This document shows positions 1-13,876 of a stretch of DNA of 64,000 nt, one piece after another. The translations under genes were made by a program, and so were the position numbers. The stretch covers positions 2,418,001 to 2,482,000 of the forward strand of contig OZ024753.1 in NCBI GenBank assembly GCA_964016885.1, given 5' to 3'. The notes under the pieces are model-generated. The model searched no databases and had not been told where the DNA came from. It was given only the letters and a program-made list of their open reading frames with translations. Origin of the DNA: Eledone cirrhosa (lineage: Eukaryota). How positions within the stretch are numbered: the stretch's first letter is position 1; every line of letters begins with the position of its first letter.

Positions 1-1356
1 ATGGTGGTGATAGTTGTAGTAGTGGTGATGGTGGTGATGGTGGTGATAGTTGTAGTAGTAGTGGTGGTGGTGATGGTGGTGATAGTTGTAGTAGTAGTGG
101 TGATGGTGGTGATAGTTGTAGTAGTGGTGGTGATAGTGGTAATAGTTGTAGTGGTGGTGGTGATAGTTGTAGTAGTAGTGATGGTGGTGATGGTGGTGAT
201 AGTTGTAGTGGTAGTGGTGGTGATAGTTGTAGTGGTGGTGGTGATAGTTGTAGTAGTAGTGATGGTGGTGATAGTTGTAGTGGTGGTGGTGATAGTTGTA
301 GTAGTAGTGGTGGTGGTGATGGTGGTGATAGTTGTAGTAGTAGTAGTGGTGGTGGTGATGGTGGTGATAGTTGTAGTAGTAGTGGTGGTGGTGATGGTGA
401 TGGTGGTGATAGTTGTAGTGGTGGTGGTGATAGTTGTAGTAGTAGTGGTGGTGGTGATGGTGGTGATAGTTGTAGTAGTGGTGATGGTGGTGATGGTGGT
501 GATAGTTGTAGTAGTAGTGGTGATGGTGGTGATAGTTGTAGTGGTGGTGGTGATAGTTGTAGTAGTAGTGATGGTGGTGATGGTGGTGATAGTTGTAGTA
601 GTAGTGGTGGTGGTGATGGTGATGGTGGTGATAGTTGTAGTGGTGGTGGTGATAGTTGTAGTAGTAGTGGTGGTGGTGATGGTGGTGATAGTTGTAGTAG
701 TGGTGATGGTGGTGATGGTGGTGATAGTTGTAGTAGTAGTGGTGATGGTGGTGATAGTTGTAGTGGTGGTGGTGATAGTTGTAGTAGTAGTGATGGTGGT
801 GATGGTGGTGATAGTTGTAGTAGTAGTGGTGGTGGTGATGGTGATGGTGGTGATAGTTGTAGTGGTGGTGGTGATAGTTGTAGTAGTGGTGGTGATAGTG
901 GTAATAGTTGTAGTGGTGGTGGTGATGGTGGTGATAGTTGTAGTGGTGGTGGTGGTGATGGTGGTGATAGTTGTAGTGGTGGTGGTGATAGTTGTAGTAG
1001 TGGTGGTGATAGTTGTAGTAGTGGTGGTAATAGTTGTAGTGGTGATGGTGGTGATAGTTGTAGTAGTAGTGGTGGTGGTGATGGTGGTGATAGTTGTAGT
1101 AGTAGTGGTGGTGGTGATGGTGGTGATAGTTGTAGTGGTGGTGGTGATAGTTGTAGTAGTGGTGGTGATAGTGGTAATAGTTGTAGTGGTGATGGTGGTG
1201 ATAGTTGTAGTAGTAGTGGTGGTGGTGATGGTGGTGATAGTTGTAGTAGTAGTGGTGGTGGTGATGGTGGTGATAGTTGTAGTAGTAGTGGTAGTGGTGG
1301 TGGTGATGGTGGTGATAGTTGTAGTAGTAGTGGTGGTGGTGATGGTGCTGATAGTT

Positions 1357-1388
<32 letters not shown>

Positions 1389-1684
1389 GATGGTGGTGAT
1401 AGTTGTAGTAGTAGTGGTGGTGGTGATGGTAGTGATAGTTGTAGTAGTAGTGGTGGTGGTGGTGGTGGTGATGGTGGTGATAGTTGTAGTAGTGGTGGTG
1501 GTGATGGTGGTGATAGTTGTAGTAGTGGTGATGGTGGTGATAGTTGTAGTAGTAGTGGTGGTGGTGGTGGTACTAGTAGTAGTAAAAGCAGCAGCAACAG
1601 TAGTAGTAATAGTAATAGTAGTAGTAGCAGTAGTATTAGTAATAGTAGTATCAGCAATAGCAACAGCAGTAATAGTAGCAGTAG
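1..1684. repeat. Compound trinucleotide repeat (GTG/GTA/ATG/ATA/GTT); the minus strand has an open Thr-rich frame
   Basis: Direct: units such as ATGGTGGTGATAGTTGTAGTAGTG recur throughout. The minus strand reads ACC/ACT/ATC/ACA with no stop to the window edge. Confidence 0.9.
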
Positions 1685-1739
1685 CTGCAGTATAAGGAGA
1701 TTAAAAAGAATATAAAATACATTACAGGTGACCATTTAC

Positions 1740-1970
1740 CAGAATTCTTAGAGCGGAAGACAAAATACCTCCTCGCAATTTGTACCCGCTGTTTGCGTTC
1801 TAAGTTCAAAACCTTCTGAAGCCTACATGATGGTAGACTTAATCCATAGTCTAGTTTGACACCCTTATGAATTACTTGGATACCTTTAACGGATCCCACT
1901 CTATGTCGGGCATGCATGAAAGCCTCCGATTTAAAGATACCCTTCTTCGCTGGCACCTTTCTCAGAAGCC
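1740..1970 (-). CDS. Candidate 231-nt internal exon (GLLRKVPAKKGIFKSEAFMHARHRVGSVKGIQVIHKGVKLDYG...RSKNS), weakly PLAT/LH2-like
   Basis: Acceptor cttctcgtcactactttcAG, donor G|GTAAAT, length a multiple of 3 (phase 1-1), open and non-repetitive. The PLAT resemblance is by eye only. Confidence 0.35.
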
Positions 1971-2359
1971 CTGAAAGTAGTGACGAGAAGATTCATTCTT
2001 TCTTTAACTAAAGTAAAATATTTATTATATATTTTAAATCGAAATATTAATGTTTGTTGTGTCTGTCCGTTTGTCCCGCTATGACATCACAGTACCGTTT
2101 CTACGAAGATGTTTTAATTAGTTAAAAGTGAACACGAAGAAGAAAAAAAACGTTGTATACTTGAGATTTGATTTATTTTATACAAAAACCTCTATACCTG
2201 TCACTCACATGTGTCTCACTTTCAGTGTTGTTTGTCTTCCTCTCGCAATTTCTGTCAATCGATGGAACAAGTAATGGGACATAAGCAAAATCAAACATAG
2301 CCACCCCCACCCCCACATACACGCGCGCACAAACATGTACCTGTCTCTCTGTAATATAG

Positions 2360-2415
<56 letters not shown>

Positions 2416-2431
2416 TGTATGTATATATATG

Positions 2432-2716
2432 CAAAGTTTTATTTAAATTGTTGGGTTACAACGAGTAAATATTTATAACTGATATAAAAGCACTCAACAA
2501 GTATTTGAAGTATATTTACGATATTACGACTACCAAATCAACTTTTTAAATGGAAGTATGAAGTGTAAGGTATGTCAAATCTATCTATTTATAAGACTGT
2601 TTATATTGTATTTTGTCTGATGAAGGCATACCATATTTTTAATATGATATCCCTGAAATATATATAATGAAATAAATATGGTTTTATAAATATAGTTTCC
2701 ATTTATTTAATATCGT
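2432..2716 (+). mobile_element. Penelope-like pLTR remnant with hammerhead fold (family A)
   Basis: CTGATGA at 2617 and GAAA-TATATA-TA at 2655, with stem I ATTTTGT/ATGAAAT. Homologous inverted copy at 10150-10430. Flanked by TA-rich repeats. Confidence 0.6.
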
Positions 2717-2765
2717 ATGTATGTATATATATATTTATATATATATGTATGTATATATATATATA

Positions 2766-2864
2766 TAGGAAAATGTTTGACCCGACGGCAGAGCTCAAGC
2801 CGTTTCGACGGCTATTTCTGGACCCATCTAATTGTCCATCTGGTTCCTTACCACACCTCCTTCG

Positions 2865-2866
<2 letters not shown>
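2766..2866. mobile_element. Family B short element: inverted hammerhead-3'-half segment joined to the family 3' end
   Basis: 2766-2825 is the reverse complement of part of 24015-24078. The 3' part GTCCATCTGGTTCCTTACCACACCTCCTTCGTTA matches 24126-24158. Confidence 0.65.
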
Positions 2867-2924
<58 letters not shown>

Positions 2925-2947
2925 GTGAGTCAATAACGATAATATAA

Positions 2948-3048
2948 CAATTGTTTCTACTTTTGGCACAAGGCCAGAAATTTCCCCAGTACATTACTGG
3001 TACTTTATTTTATCGACCCCGCAAGGATGAAAGGCGAAGTTAACCTCG
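2948..3048 (-). mobile_element. tRNA-derived SINE, partial (GCCTTTCATCC..GGGGTCGATAAAAT..GTACCAG family)
   Basis: Reverse complement of the motif seen in the full copy at 22855-23032, including the GGCCTTGTGCCAAAAGTAGAAAC tail. Confidence 0.8.
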
Positions 3049-3299
3049 TTAACTTTATTATAATAATAATATGATAATTTTATTAATATTCGGTTCATTT
3101 GCAAGCAATGAGCCTCATAGCATCCTTTTCTTCCAGCGGTAGCAGAGAGAAAATAGTCTATAATTGTTTCGGAGCTATTGGCGTCTATCAAGACTATTCT
3201 CTCGCCTTTGCTTGCAGCTAGAACTATTGAGAACACATAGTATTCTGAAAGGTATACATCGGCTGATTAGCCTAATTCTTATACCGAGCTATTTGGTGG

Positions 3300-3472
3300 G
3301 GAGGAGAAAGTCGATTAATTCAACCGCAGTGCTTTACTGGTGCTTATGTTTTATCGGCCCCATAAAGATGAAAGGCAAAGATAACCTCTGCTGGATTTGG
3401 ACTCAAAACCTAAAGGGCCTTAACCCTATACCGCAAATCATGTTGTCAGACGCCCTACCAATTAGTGCCAAC
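3300..3472 (-). mobile_element. tRNA-derived SINE, same family
   Basis: TTTTATCGGCCCCATAAAGATGAAAGGCAAAG..GGATTTGGACTCA..GACGCCCTACCAATTAGTGCCAAC. Confidence 0.75.
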
Positions 3473-3554
3473 CCCCCCCCCTGTGCTATATGTGAGAAAG
3501 AGATATAGTGGAAGAATCTGTCCCAGAACCTTAACTTATTTTGTCGGGCGCTGA

Positions 3555-3660
3555 AGTATGAAAAGCAAAGTAGGCCTCGGCGGGATTTGAACTCAGGGAG
3601 CAGAGAGACGATACGAATATAACGACGCATTCTATTGACTCTACTAATTCGCCACCGGCT
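3555..3660 (-). mobile_element. SINE 5' head fragment
   Basis: CTCGGCGGGATTTGAACTCAG (reverse-complement B-box region) ... CTACTAATTCGCC. Confidence 0.65.
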
Positions 3661-3712
3661 CATTCTCTCTCTCTCTCTCTCACACTCCCCCTCTCTCTCT
3701 CTCACACTCCCC

Positions 3713-3749
<37 letters not shown>

Positions 3750-4904
3750 GTTTCTCTCTCTCTCTCTTACACACACACACACATATATATGCATATTTAC
3801 ATTTATAGAAATATATATATAGTGGTAAAAAGACAAGACGTTAGGTTATATCCGAACTCGGTAGAGCACTCAGTCCAAACGACGATATATACATATATAT
3901 ATATATATGTTTGTGTGTGCGTGTGTGTGTGTTTAAGGAAGATAAACATTTTTGGCAAACTAAGCTTCCAATTCTATACACTAGTCATTTTTATGATGTT
4001 GCTATTTTATTTACTATTGGTCAAAGCCTATCATCTTGTCAAATGATGAAAAGCAATTGTTAGCTCTATAGCTTTTTATCCTCATAAGCTAAAAAATCTT
4101 GTAATTTAGGAGATTTTGTAATCAATAAAGAATACATGTGATTAAACGACATGAAACCATTTATTGATCTTTGTTATATTAACATCAGTTCTGATAGATT
4201 TACCATGAAATCTTTTGACTTCTAATATTTCCTTTGTACAGTTTTCGTTATTTATGTTTAGCTCAGTCTCTTCCCTAATCGAACAAAACTGTGATCAAAT
4301 GTCTTCCAATCATGACTATCTATTCTTTTTCCTGTGTACACTGCACTAAGAACAATACAAAACAATGTACTCTTTTTTATGAGGAAGATTTGACAGCTAT
4401 TTCTAGCATGTTAGTCGTCCGACGTTTTGGAGTTGTTTCAATCTTGTAAATATAGCGTTACAGTTTTTCTCTGTCACCTCACAGTTTCACTGAAATGTTT
4501 AGCTCATTAAAGAATATTTCCATATTTTCTCTGTATTCTTATGTTCTACAGTAACTTGTTATTTCTTTCGTTTTTCTGTTTGACATTTTATGACAAATTA
4601 CAAGATTTAGCATTCGGTTCGCATTTCTGCAAATAATGCTTCATTCTAAACAGTCCTTTCATCGTATGCTTTTTCTCATAATAAAAATATTTCCTAAAAT
4701 TGACAGGACGATGAAATGTATAATCGATTCCCGGTGTGATTTGAAGTCAGAATGTTACGAGATGTAATTGGATATCAATGGTTGTTCCGTTAGAGTTTCT
4801 ACTGATATTAATGTTCTACCAGTATTTGTGTAGGATCTGTCTCGTTTCCGACGACTATTGTTCCAGCTAATCCAACAAAAGGAACAACCCACTCGTGACA
4901 TGAA

Positions 4905-5170
4905 GACGCAAGTGGTTGAGCATTCAAAGTACACATGCACAGACAGTTAACGTAGTTCTCAGAGAGATTCAGCTGGGCACTTTGGATGACAAAACTTCAC
5001 CTTTGAATTAAACTTACAACTCATTTTAGGAAGCTGAGTGAACAAAAGCAAATTGAAATACTTGATAAGTGGGTTTCTTTTCAATGACATAATGCGCTGT
5101 CCGTTCCCGGGTTCGAACACATGGTTCAACGATCGTAAACCCATCACCCAACCCACTAAGCTATGCACGT
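4905..5170 (-). mobile_element. Degenerate second tRNA-SINE family
   Basis: GCAAGTGGTTGAGCATTC..TTAACGTAGTTCTC is similar to 40697-40755. The tRNA-like head (rc) ends in AACCCACTAAGCTATGCAC, similar to 54911-54932. Confidence 0.55.
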
Positions 5171-5374
5171 TCAACCACTAAATAATATATGATACAATGA
5201 TGAAAGCATCCTTTTAGGAATAATGGATAGGAAAATTGAAAACAAAGAAAAATATTAAATACTGAATAAGGGGTGAATTGATGGAAAAGAGAGGGGTCCT
5301 ATTATACCACATAGTTAGACGCTATAACTTTATTGTACCGTGAAAACATTGCCACTTTGAATAGGCAGGCGGAA

Positions 5375-5514
5375 GACACCTTCACTTTGGAGGACTACAA
5401 GGAGGTCTTTCAGAAGTGGCTGGTGCGCTAAAACAAGTGCATTGAAGCTGGAGGATCCTACCAAATAAATGTCACTCTGATAAAAGTTTCAAAACCCCTT
5501 GAATGTACCTCATA
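5375..5514 (+). mobile_element. Mariner transposase C-terminal relic with right TIR
   Basis: Translates TFTLEDYKEVFQKWLVR*NKCIEAGGSY, matching the mariner W..R..KCI...G.Y terminus. Ends in TTGAATGTACCTCATA. Confidence 0.8.
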
Positions 5515-5850
5515 GCTTCATATTAAGCTGTGAAGAAATATTCAAATCGTATAGAAAAAGATCAGGACATTATATAATTGATGTGCTTATGCACACACCA
5601 TATACTCTCTGGTGACTACATGCCTTCATTCATCAGTTTGCTGTTACACAGTTGAGCAAAAGAAACTGTTTACTCTGAGCAAGAAAGTATAAAAGATAGA
5701 AAAGGTTAATTGATAATAAATTGTTGCAATTGTATTATAGTTTTTAACATTGTTTTCCCACTCACTTCATTTTCATCCTGACAGTGAACTACCAAGTTCG
5801 AACACAAACACACACGCGCACATACATGCATACATACACACACACCAGCC

Positions 5851-5851
<1 letters not shown>

Positions 5852-5945
<94 letters not shown>

Positions 5946-5990
5946 ACATACACACATACATAATACATACATACATACATACATACATAC
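5852..5990. repeat. (CA)n/(CATA)n microsatellite
   Basis: Seen directly. Confidence 0.95.
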
Positions 5991-6613
5991 AATAATAAGA
6001 CAGAAATATATTTATGCACTATTATCTGTACAGCTATAGACTTACTTATATTTATGTATGTAAATACGTTTGTATATAGGTATGTATATGTATTTTAGTA
6101 CATTTGTATGTATGTATAATATTGTGCTGCATGAATTTTTGTGTGTACACAGGCAAAATTTCTTTCACTGCATTACAGCCTGTAGGGTGGAAGCATATAA
6201 AGTAAAAAAAAAAAACGATATAACGAAAGATAATATAAAAACAAGCAGAGATAATATAAAGAAAGGAAAGTAGTGGAAAAGTGGGGTAAGTAGAAATAAA
6301 GACAAGGAAGAATAAGAACGAAACAGTTGAGTATTACGCAAACCACCATCAAGAAGATGAAAGAGCTGTAATCAAGAGATGAAATCTAAATAATAGCAAT
6401 GCAAAAACAAGTCTTTACTTCAGCTAGAAGCAAACGTATAAAAGAAGTTTCGAGAAGACATGTTGGGAAGAAAAAGGATAAGATGAAAACCAAACCAAGA
6501 AGAAAAAAAGGAAAGGAATAAATGGAAGAAAAGAAGTAAAGCAACAGTGAAAGATTGAGATGGATAGACAGATAAAATAGAATGAGATTGGGAAGATAGT
6601 TTGCTATATGTTT

Positions 6614-6990
<377 letters not shown>

Positions 6991-7119
6991 TATGTATGTA
7001 TAACACATACACATATATGTAAGGATGCATGCATGTGTATGTACGAATGTATTATGTGATGTGGTGAGAGAGAGAGAGAGACACACACACACAGGTTTAT
7101 ATTTATATATATATCTATC

Positions 7120-7151
<32 letters not shown>

Positions 7152-7198
7152 TATATTTATATACCTGCCTATCAATGTATCTATCACCCTCTCTCTGT

Positions 7199-7230
<32 letters not shown>

Positions 7231-7711
7231 ACTACTTAATACACACATTCATACATATATATAGCGACAGAAATTGAGAGAAAGAGATAGTTAGATTGAT
7301 AGATAGATAGATAAATAAAAAGATAGATCGCGAAGACAAAGAGATGACTAGAACAGAAGAAAGAGTGAGAATAACATATGGAATTAATAAAATCCTAACT
7401 TGAGTGATATGAATTACTCCGGATTATAGTAGGAACATCCAATCATTAGTTTCCTTAGCTAAGAATGTTAGCTAAGGAAGCCAAGTAAGGAAGGGTATTC
7501 GTTGAATATTCTACTATTTAATGCAGTGAGTTTTGTCAAGGTATTTTTACCTTTTCAATAAACGACGTGACTATATATTCTAATCATTGAATTACAAAAT
7601 CATAAATATTGAGTTCAGTTGTCCTCTATCTTTTTATTACTTATATTCATTACGCTATCTATATGTCTAAAATATATAGTAAAAATCTGGAAAGGGTTAC
7701 CCGGCAATATA

Positions 7712-8130
7712 TAGGCGGGGAGTTGCCAGCGTCGTTAGAATTTCCTATAGAATGCTTTGTGGCATACGTTTCGGCTCTCTACTTTAACATTTGTATCACT
7801 TCTGTGTTCAAATACCGCCGAGGTCATCAAATAGAGGTCACTAACAAAGTACCAGTCCAGCACTGGGGTCGATTCTTCCTCTATATTACTTTCTCATTTC
7901 CATCCACTCATTCTATATCCTTCTCTAGAAGAAATCTGGTGTATTAAGACCTGGAGAAAAGACGGGCTTCGCCATGTTTAAAAAAAATGCCCTAAAACGC
8001 CCTATGGCAGTCCGACGCCGTCCCTACGAATCCCACAGGAGTTACGGGTCCATCCATCCATAGATACCAACTCGCATACATACCGACCTAACTTCCTATC
8101 TATCTGGCATATATTGGCAACCTAAGTAAG
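7712..8130 (+). mobile_element. tRNA-SINE with extended 3' body (long subfamily)
   Basis: Head GGCGGGGAGTTGCCAG..GTTCAAATACCGCCGAGGTC..AAAGTACCAG. The 3' body 7920-8035 is homologous to 45535-45695. Confidence 0.65.
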
Positions 8131-8239
8131 ATTAAATTCATTCCACATCTTAATAACGCCATGATCAGACCTGGAGATTCTCGTTATATCATCGAAATCT
8201 TGGAATTAGCATACATCATAATAATTTCTTAAATAAGCC

Positions 8240-8362
8240 AAAGGCCAGCAATTTGGCGTGAATGGAGAAGGTCGATTATATCACAGCCCCGCGCCACCTC
8301 TCTGTACTTGACTCACACTTTATTTTATCGATCCCGGAATGATAAAAAGCAAAGTTAACCAT
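8240..8362 (-). mobile_element. tRNA-SINE fragment
   Basis: AAGGCCAGCAATTT..TTTATTTTATCGATCCCGGAATGATAAAAAGCAAAGTTAACC. Confidence 0.65.
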
Positions 8363-9369
8363 CAGTTTTCCTTCTAGAATGATGTCCTAACAAGAACTAG
8401 GAGTCTGTCATACATACGTACATACATACATACATACATACATACATACATACATACACACACATTTATGACATTTAGCATATAATAACTGCGTATACAC
8501 ACGTATAAATACAGAAACATTAGTATATTAGCAAATATAACTTCAGGCATACAGATCCATACAAAGAATGTTGTCTAAAATGCTGTTATGTAGTCGTGTT
8601 TCTGAGTTAGAAACCGCCACCTCTCTCTCTCTCTCTCGCGAGCGCGCTTTCTACTGTTAGGGAATTAAAACAAAACCAGAAAGAACACACACATGTCCAC
8701 ATGTACATACGTACGCACGCATGTACATAAATAAAGACAGGCTTAAGACATGAACTACGACCGTATCAAAATCCCAAACAATAACATTGAGATTGAACTG
8801 CTGCCTTTACGCTGATATATGAACCCATTGAAATGATAGCTGCTTATGAACACATTGAAACGTACAAAGACTACAAACACAGTTAGTACTAAAATTTAAG
8901 AAAAATGTTATTTACTTCAGCAAAACTCTAAAGGAAAGGACATGTTTGACATTAGTTCATAGCAAACCTACTAACTTGATGTTATCTGTGATCCAATAAA
9001 GTTGATAAAGAGCAAAATAAAACCCAGCATCAATCGAAGCTCCCAGCTTTGCGACATTAAATGCCTACTATATTATATTGCGGTAACCATTTAGAAATCG
9101 ATGAAAAATACCAGACATCGATCGAAATGAAAGCCCACAGCAAAAATGGATTACCTTTCTTCAAAGTGAAATCGACAGACTGCGGTAAAAGATCGGATCG
9201 GATCATTGGATATTAACTATCATTGGTTACTAAATGAATAATAAAATAGCGAATTCTCAGCGGCAAATGCTCAGAATCCGCATTTTATGTTCAATGCTGA
9301 CGGGAGACACTCTCATGTAAACTGATTGCCTAGTTGCTCATAAATGTGATTCTTGCCGCTTGCTTTATT

Positions 9370-9587
9370 AGGTTATACAACTCTTTGCAAGATTTGACCA
9401 CCAAATATCCTGCATTTTCCGCAGAGTGTGCTTTGCATCAAACTTAGCTTCCTTAAACACATCCATTAGTTGTTTTCTCTGAACTTCTGATAGATCTTTC
9501 TACAAGAGACGGCTAACTATATTGTTCCTGGTGGCAAGAATAGCATGTATTGCTTGGTCATTTTCTCTAAACCAGTCTCGAGATTTG
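9370..9587 (-). mobile_element. RTE-clade LINE ORF fragment (EN-RT linker)
   Basis: KSRDWFRENDQAIHAILATRN..LRKMQDIWWSNLAK matches the RTE/BovB DWFDEND and LR.M...WW motifs. Contains an internal stop. Confidence 0.75.
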
Positions 9588-9779
9588 AAGTACATACTTT
9601 CATGCACACATACTTAGAAATGCGTATGTTTAGTTATATAAATTTGTGTGTCTATGATTGTATATACATATATATATATTTATATATATAATGTAATATA
9701 TATATTATAGTACCAGTAATCACTGGAATAATTGCTGGCCTTGTGCCAAAAGTAGAAACAATTATATATATATATTTAT

Positions 9780-10140
9780 TAAAATAACAGATTAAAGTTT
9801 AAGCAAAGAATCGCTGCTTTCACCCTTAACGGGATCTTCTGAAACTAACAAAGTCAATCTGTAAACGCAGAAGTGAATATTTCAAAAAACATTGCAACCG
9901 GAGGAAGACAGGAAGGCGAAACTTTGGTTCGTGGAAACGTTCCCTGGCAAAGAACGGGAAAAAAAACGAATATAATACGTCATTATTTGGAGCGGTGAAA
10001 AACAATTACACGCAAAGACAGAACCACGTTTATGGTATAAATGAAGTCGTAGACTAATATTCTCTTAGGTGGTTCATAGAGACGTTCTCAGGCAATGAAC
10101 GGAAAAAACGAAGTTAATACGTCATATGTGGAGCGTCATA
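9780..10140 (-). mobile_element. Family C repeat, Penelope-pLTR-like with variant hammerhead core
   Basis: Homologous to 54240-54470. The rc reads CAGAAGA-TCCC GTTAA GGGT-GAAAGC. Contains an internal ~60-nt duplication. Confidence 0.5.
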
Positions 10141-10149
10141 TGTAATATA

Positions 10150-10430
10150 CAATGATATTAAATAAATGGAAACTATATTTATAAAACCATATTTATTCTA
10201 TTATATATATTTCAAGGGTACCAAACATTTTGGTACGCTATCATCAGATGAAATACAAAATGTTTTATAAATATTTGACATGACCAAGGATAATATACCT
10301 GAACGGTTCAAGTTATCCCTGGAAAGTCATTTAATATCATTGAATACTTACTCCAGAAACTTGTCGAGTGCTCTGAATCAGTTGTAAACATCTATATTTG
10401 TTGGATTTCCAACAAATTAAATATCTCTTC
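10150..10430 (-). mobile_element. Family A copy 2 with hammerhead fold
   Basis: rc: TATTTCAT-CTGATGA-TAGCGTACCAAAATGTTTGGTACCCTT-GAAA-TATATA-TA-ATAGAATA. Confidence 0.6.
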
Positions 10431-10434
10431 TACA

Positions 10435-10571
10435 TATAATGTAATATATATATAAATATATATAATGTAATATATATATAAATATATATAATGTAATATA
10501 TATATAAATATATATAATGTAATATATATATAAATATATATAATGTAATATATATATAAATATATATAATG

Positions 10572-10608
<37 letters not shown>
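10435..10608. repeat. ~26-bp TA-derived minisatellite followed by (TA)n
   Basis: TATAATGTAATATATATATAAATATA repeated about 5 times. Confidence 0.85.
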
Positions 10609-10609
<1 letters not shown>

Positions 10610-11614
10610 GGAAGGAGAGAAAGAAGTAGAGTAAATGTCAGAGACAGAGAGGGGAGAATGAGAGAAAGAAAAAAAGAGGTACAGTGAATTATTTATACAC
10701 ATTATTGGAAAGAGAATAAAAGGGTGATTTCTGTTTATATCTACGTTTGAGTGTACAAAGAATATAAAAGAACATTATGTGAAGAAAATTTGAGTTGAAT
10801 CTGTTAGTGCGAAGGAAAATAGAAATATATATAAATTGGGATTTGGATAGTGAAACCAGCCATAAAAAGAGAAAAATAATTCCATTAAAACATATTGAAA
10901 ATAAGAAATGTAATATGAATAACCAGAGATGTAGAGAAATTTGAAGAAAAAGCATAATGAAATTTTGATTGCATGTAAGGAATGGAAAATGAAAGCAGAA
11001 CACATTTTTTACTGAAATATGGTAGCAAGGATTCGCTGAAAATAAAGATAGGAAAGAATGACATAAATAAATGGAAGAGAATTGATAAATAAATACATAA
11101 GTGGATAATAAATAAATGAAGAATAAAAGAGAAGGGGGTATCAAGTATTTCTTCAGCACCTATTTACACACTCACCTTTCATTCGAGAATATTTCATGAT
11201 ATTAAAAAGGAAAAGAAATTTAAAATAAAAAGAAAGGAGGAAATAAAAAAGACGTTAAATATTGGGTTATTGTTGATGTTTTTGATGTTGTTTACGGTAT
11301 TGTTTTAAAGAAATTTAATTCTGTACGAGATTGAGAATTCAAACACACACACATACACACAAACACACGACAGCGTCGGTTGAAGCAAGCAGAATTTTGG
11401 TTGCTTGCTAAATCATAAAAAGATAACACACACACACACACTAGATAACATTACATGCGACTTTGACCAGGAGGGTCATTTAGAGGGAATTGGGGAGGGG
11501 GGGAGGTAAGGCTGCACAGCCCCACTTTCCGCCATGGCGATTGGACAGGAATGCCCTGCTTTCCAGGTTTCCCTTCGCCACTGGTTATTTCCCCATTCCC
11601 CGATCAGGAGTCCA

Positions 11615-13098
<1,484 letters not shown>

Positions 13099-13712
13099 CA
13101 GGTCACCAGTTGGTGCTACTGGTAACATGTATCCCAGTACAACCTGTCTCATGATCGGGTCGTTGGCGACTAAACTGGCAACCCCCACCAAGGTTTCTTG
13201 GTGAGGAGGGTGACTTGGGACATCCTGCAGGACTAAAAACAAAACCTGTCAAAGGGCAAAGGAGCTCTTAAGAGTCAATGGCCATCCAAAATCACCGGGA
13301 GAGATGACCCCCTTAGCCTTTGTCAAGGCAGAATTCTAGGAGAAGGAAAACTCTGATATAACACCTGCAACCCTGATGGTATCCAATGATGTTGACTTGT
13401 TCTTCTTTTTGGTAAATATCAGCTTGGTTTAAGAGAGTGGGACTGGCTTTGTGCAGTGCCTTTGCTCACTATAAAAAGCTTCACGGCACAGGCATTCCTT
13501 TATATCTGGAGATCTCTCTGCACTTGTCGTCACATGGTACCATGGGGCCCAGCACTGTGTGTCAATAATTGTCAGAAGTGTAGTGTTTGTACCAGAGTTT
13601 TCAAGTCGCTGGCTGGACTAAAAAGTCACACTCGTTCAGCGCATCGGTAGGGGTTCTCCTACATGGATATAAAGTAGTGGCCGTACTCGAAAAACGAGTT
13701 GGCAGACACCAT
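13099..13712 (+). mobile_element. Non-autonomous RTE derivative (5'UTR-like part fused to the 3' end)
   Basis: RTE 5'-type motif CTAGGAGAAGGAAAACTCTGA and RTE C-terminal CCHH-like CSVCTRVFKSLAGLKSHTRSAH. Second copy at 17380-17792. Confidence 0.7.
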
Positions 13713-13730
13713 GTATATATATATATATAC

Positions 13731-13775
<45 letters not shown>

Positions 13776-13832
13776 CTATATATATGTATAACTATATATA
13801 TATATAGTTCCTCCAGTTTCACGGAAACGCGA

Positions 13833-13876
<44 letters not shown>

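Noticed and set aside
1-1695. 564-aa poly-Val ORF on the + strand
   Set aside because: It is a translation of a trinucleotide repeat with an implausible composition.
4755-4940. Possible lipase-like exon upstream of the PLAT-like candidates
   Set aside because: No phase-compatible donor, partial overlap with a SINE, and no GxSxG catalytic exon found in the window.
13456-13650. C2H2 zinc-finger gene
   Set aside because: It is the C-terminus of an RTE ORF within a duplicated repeat.
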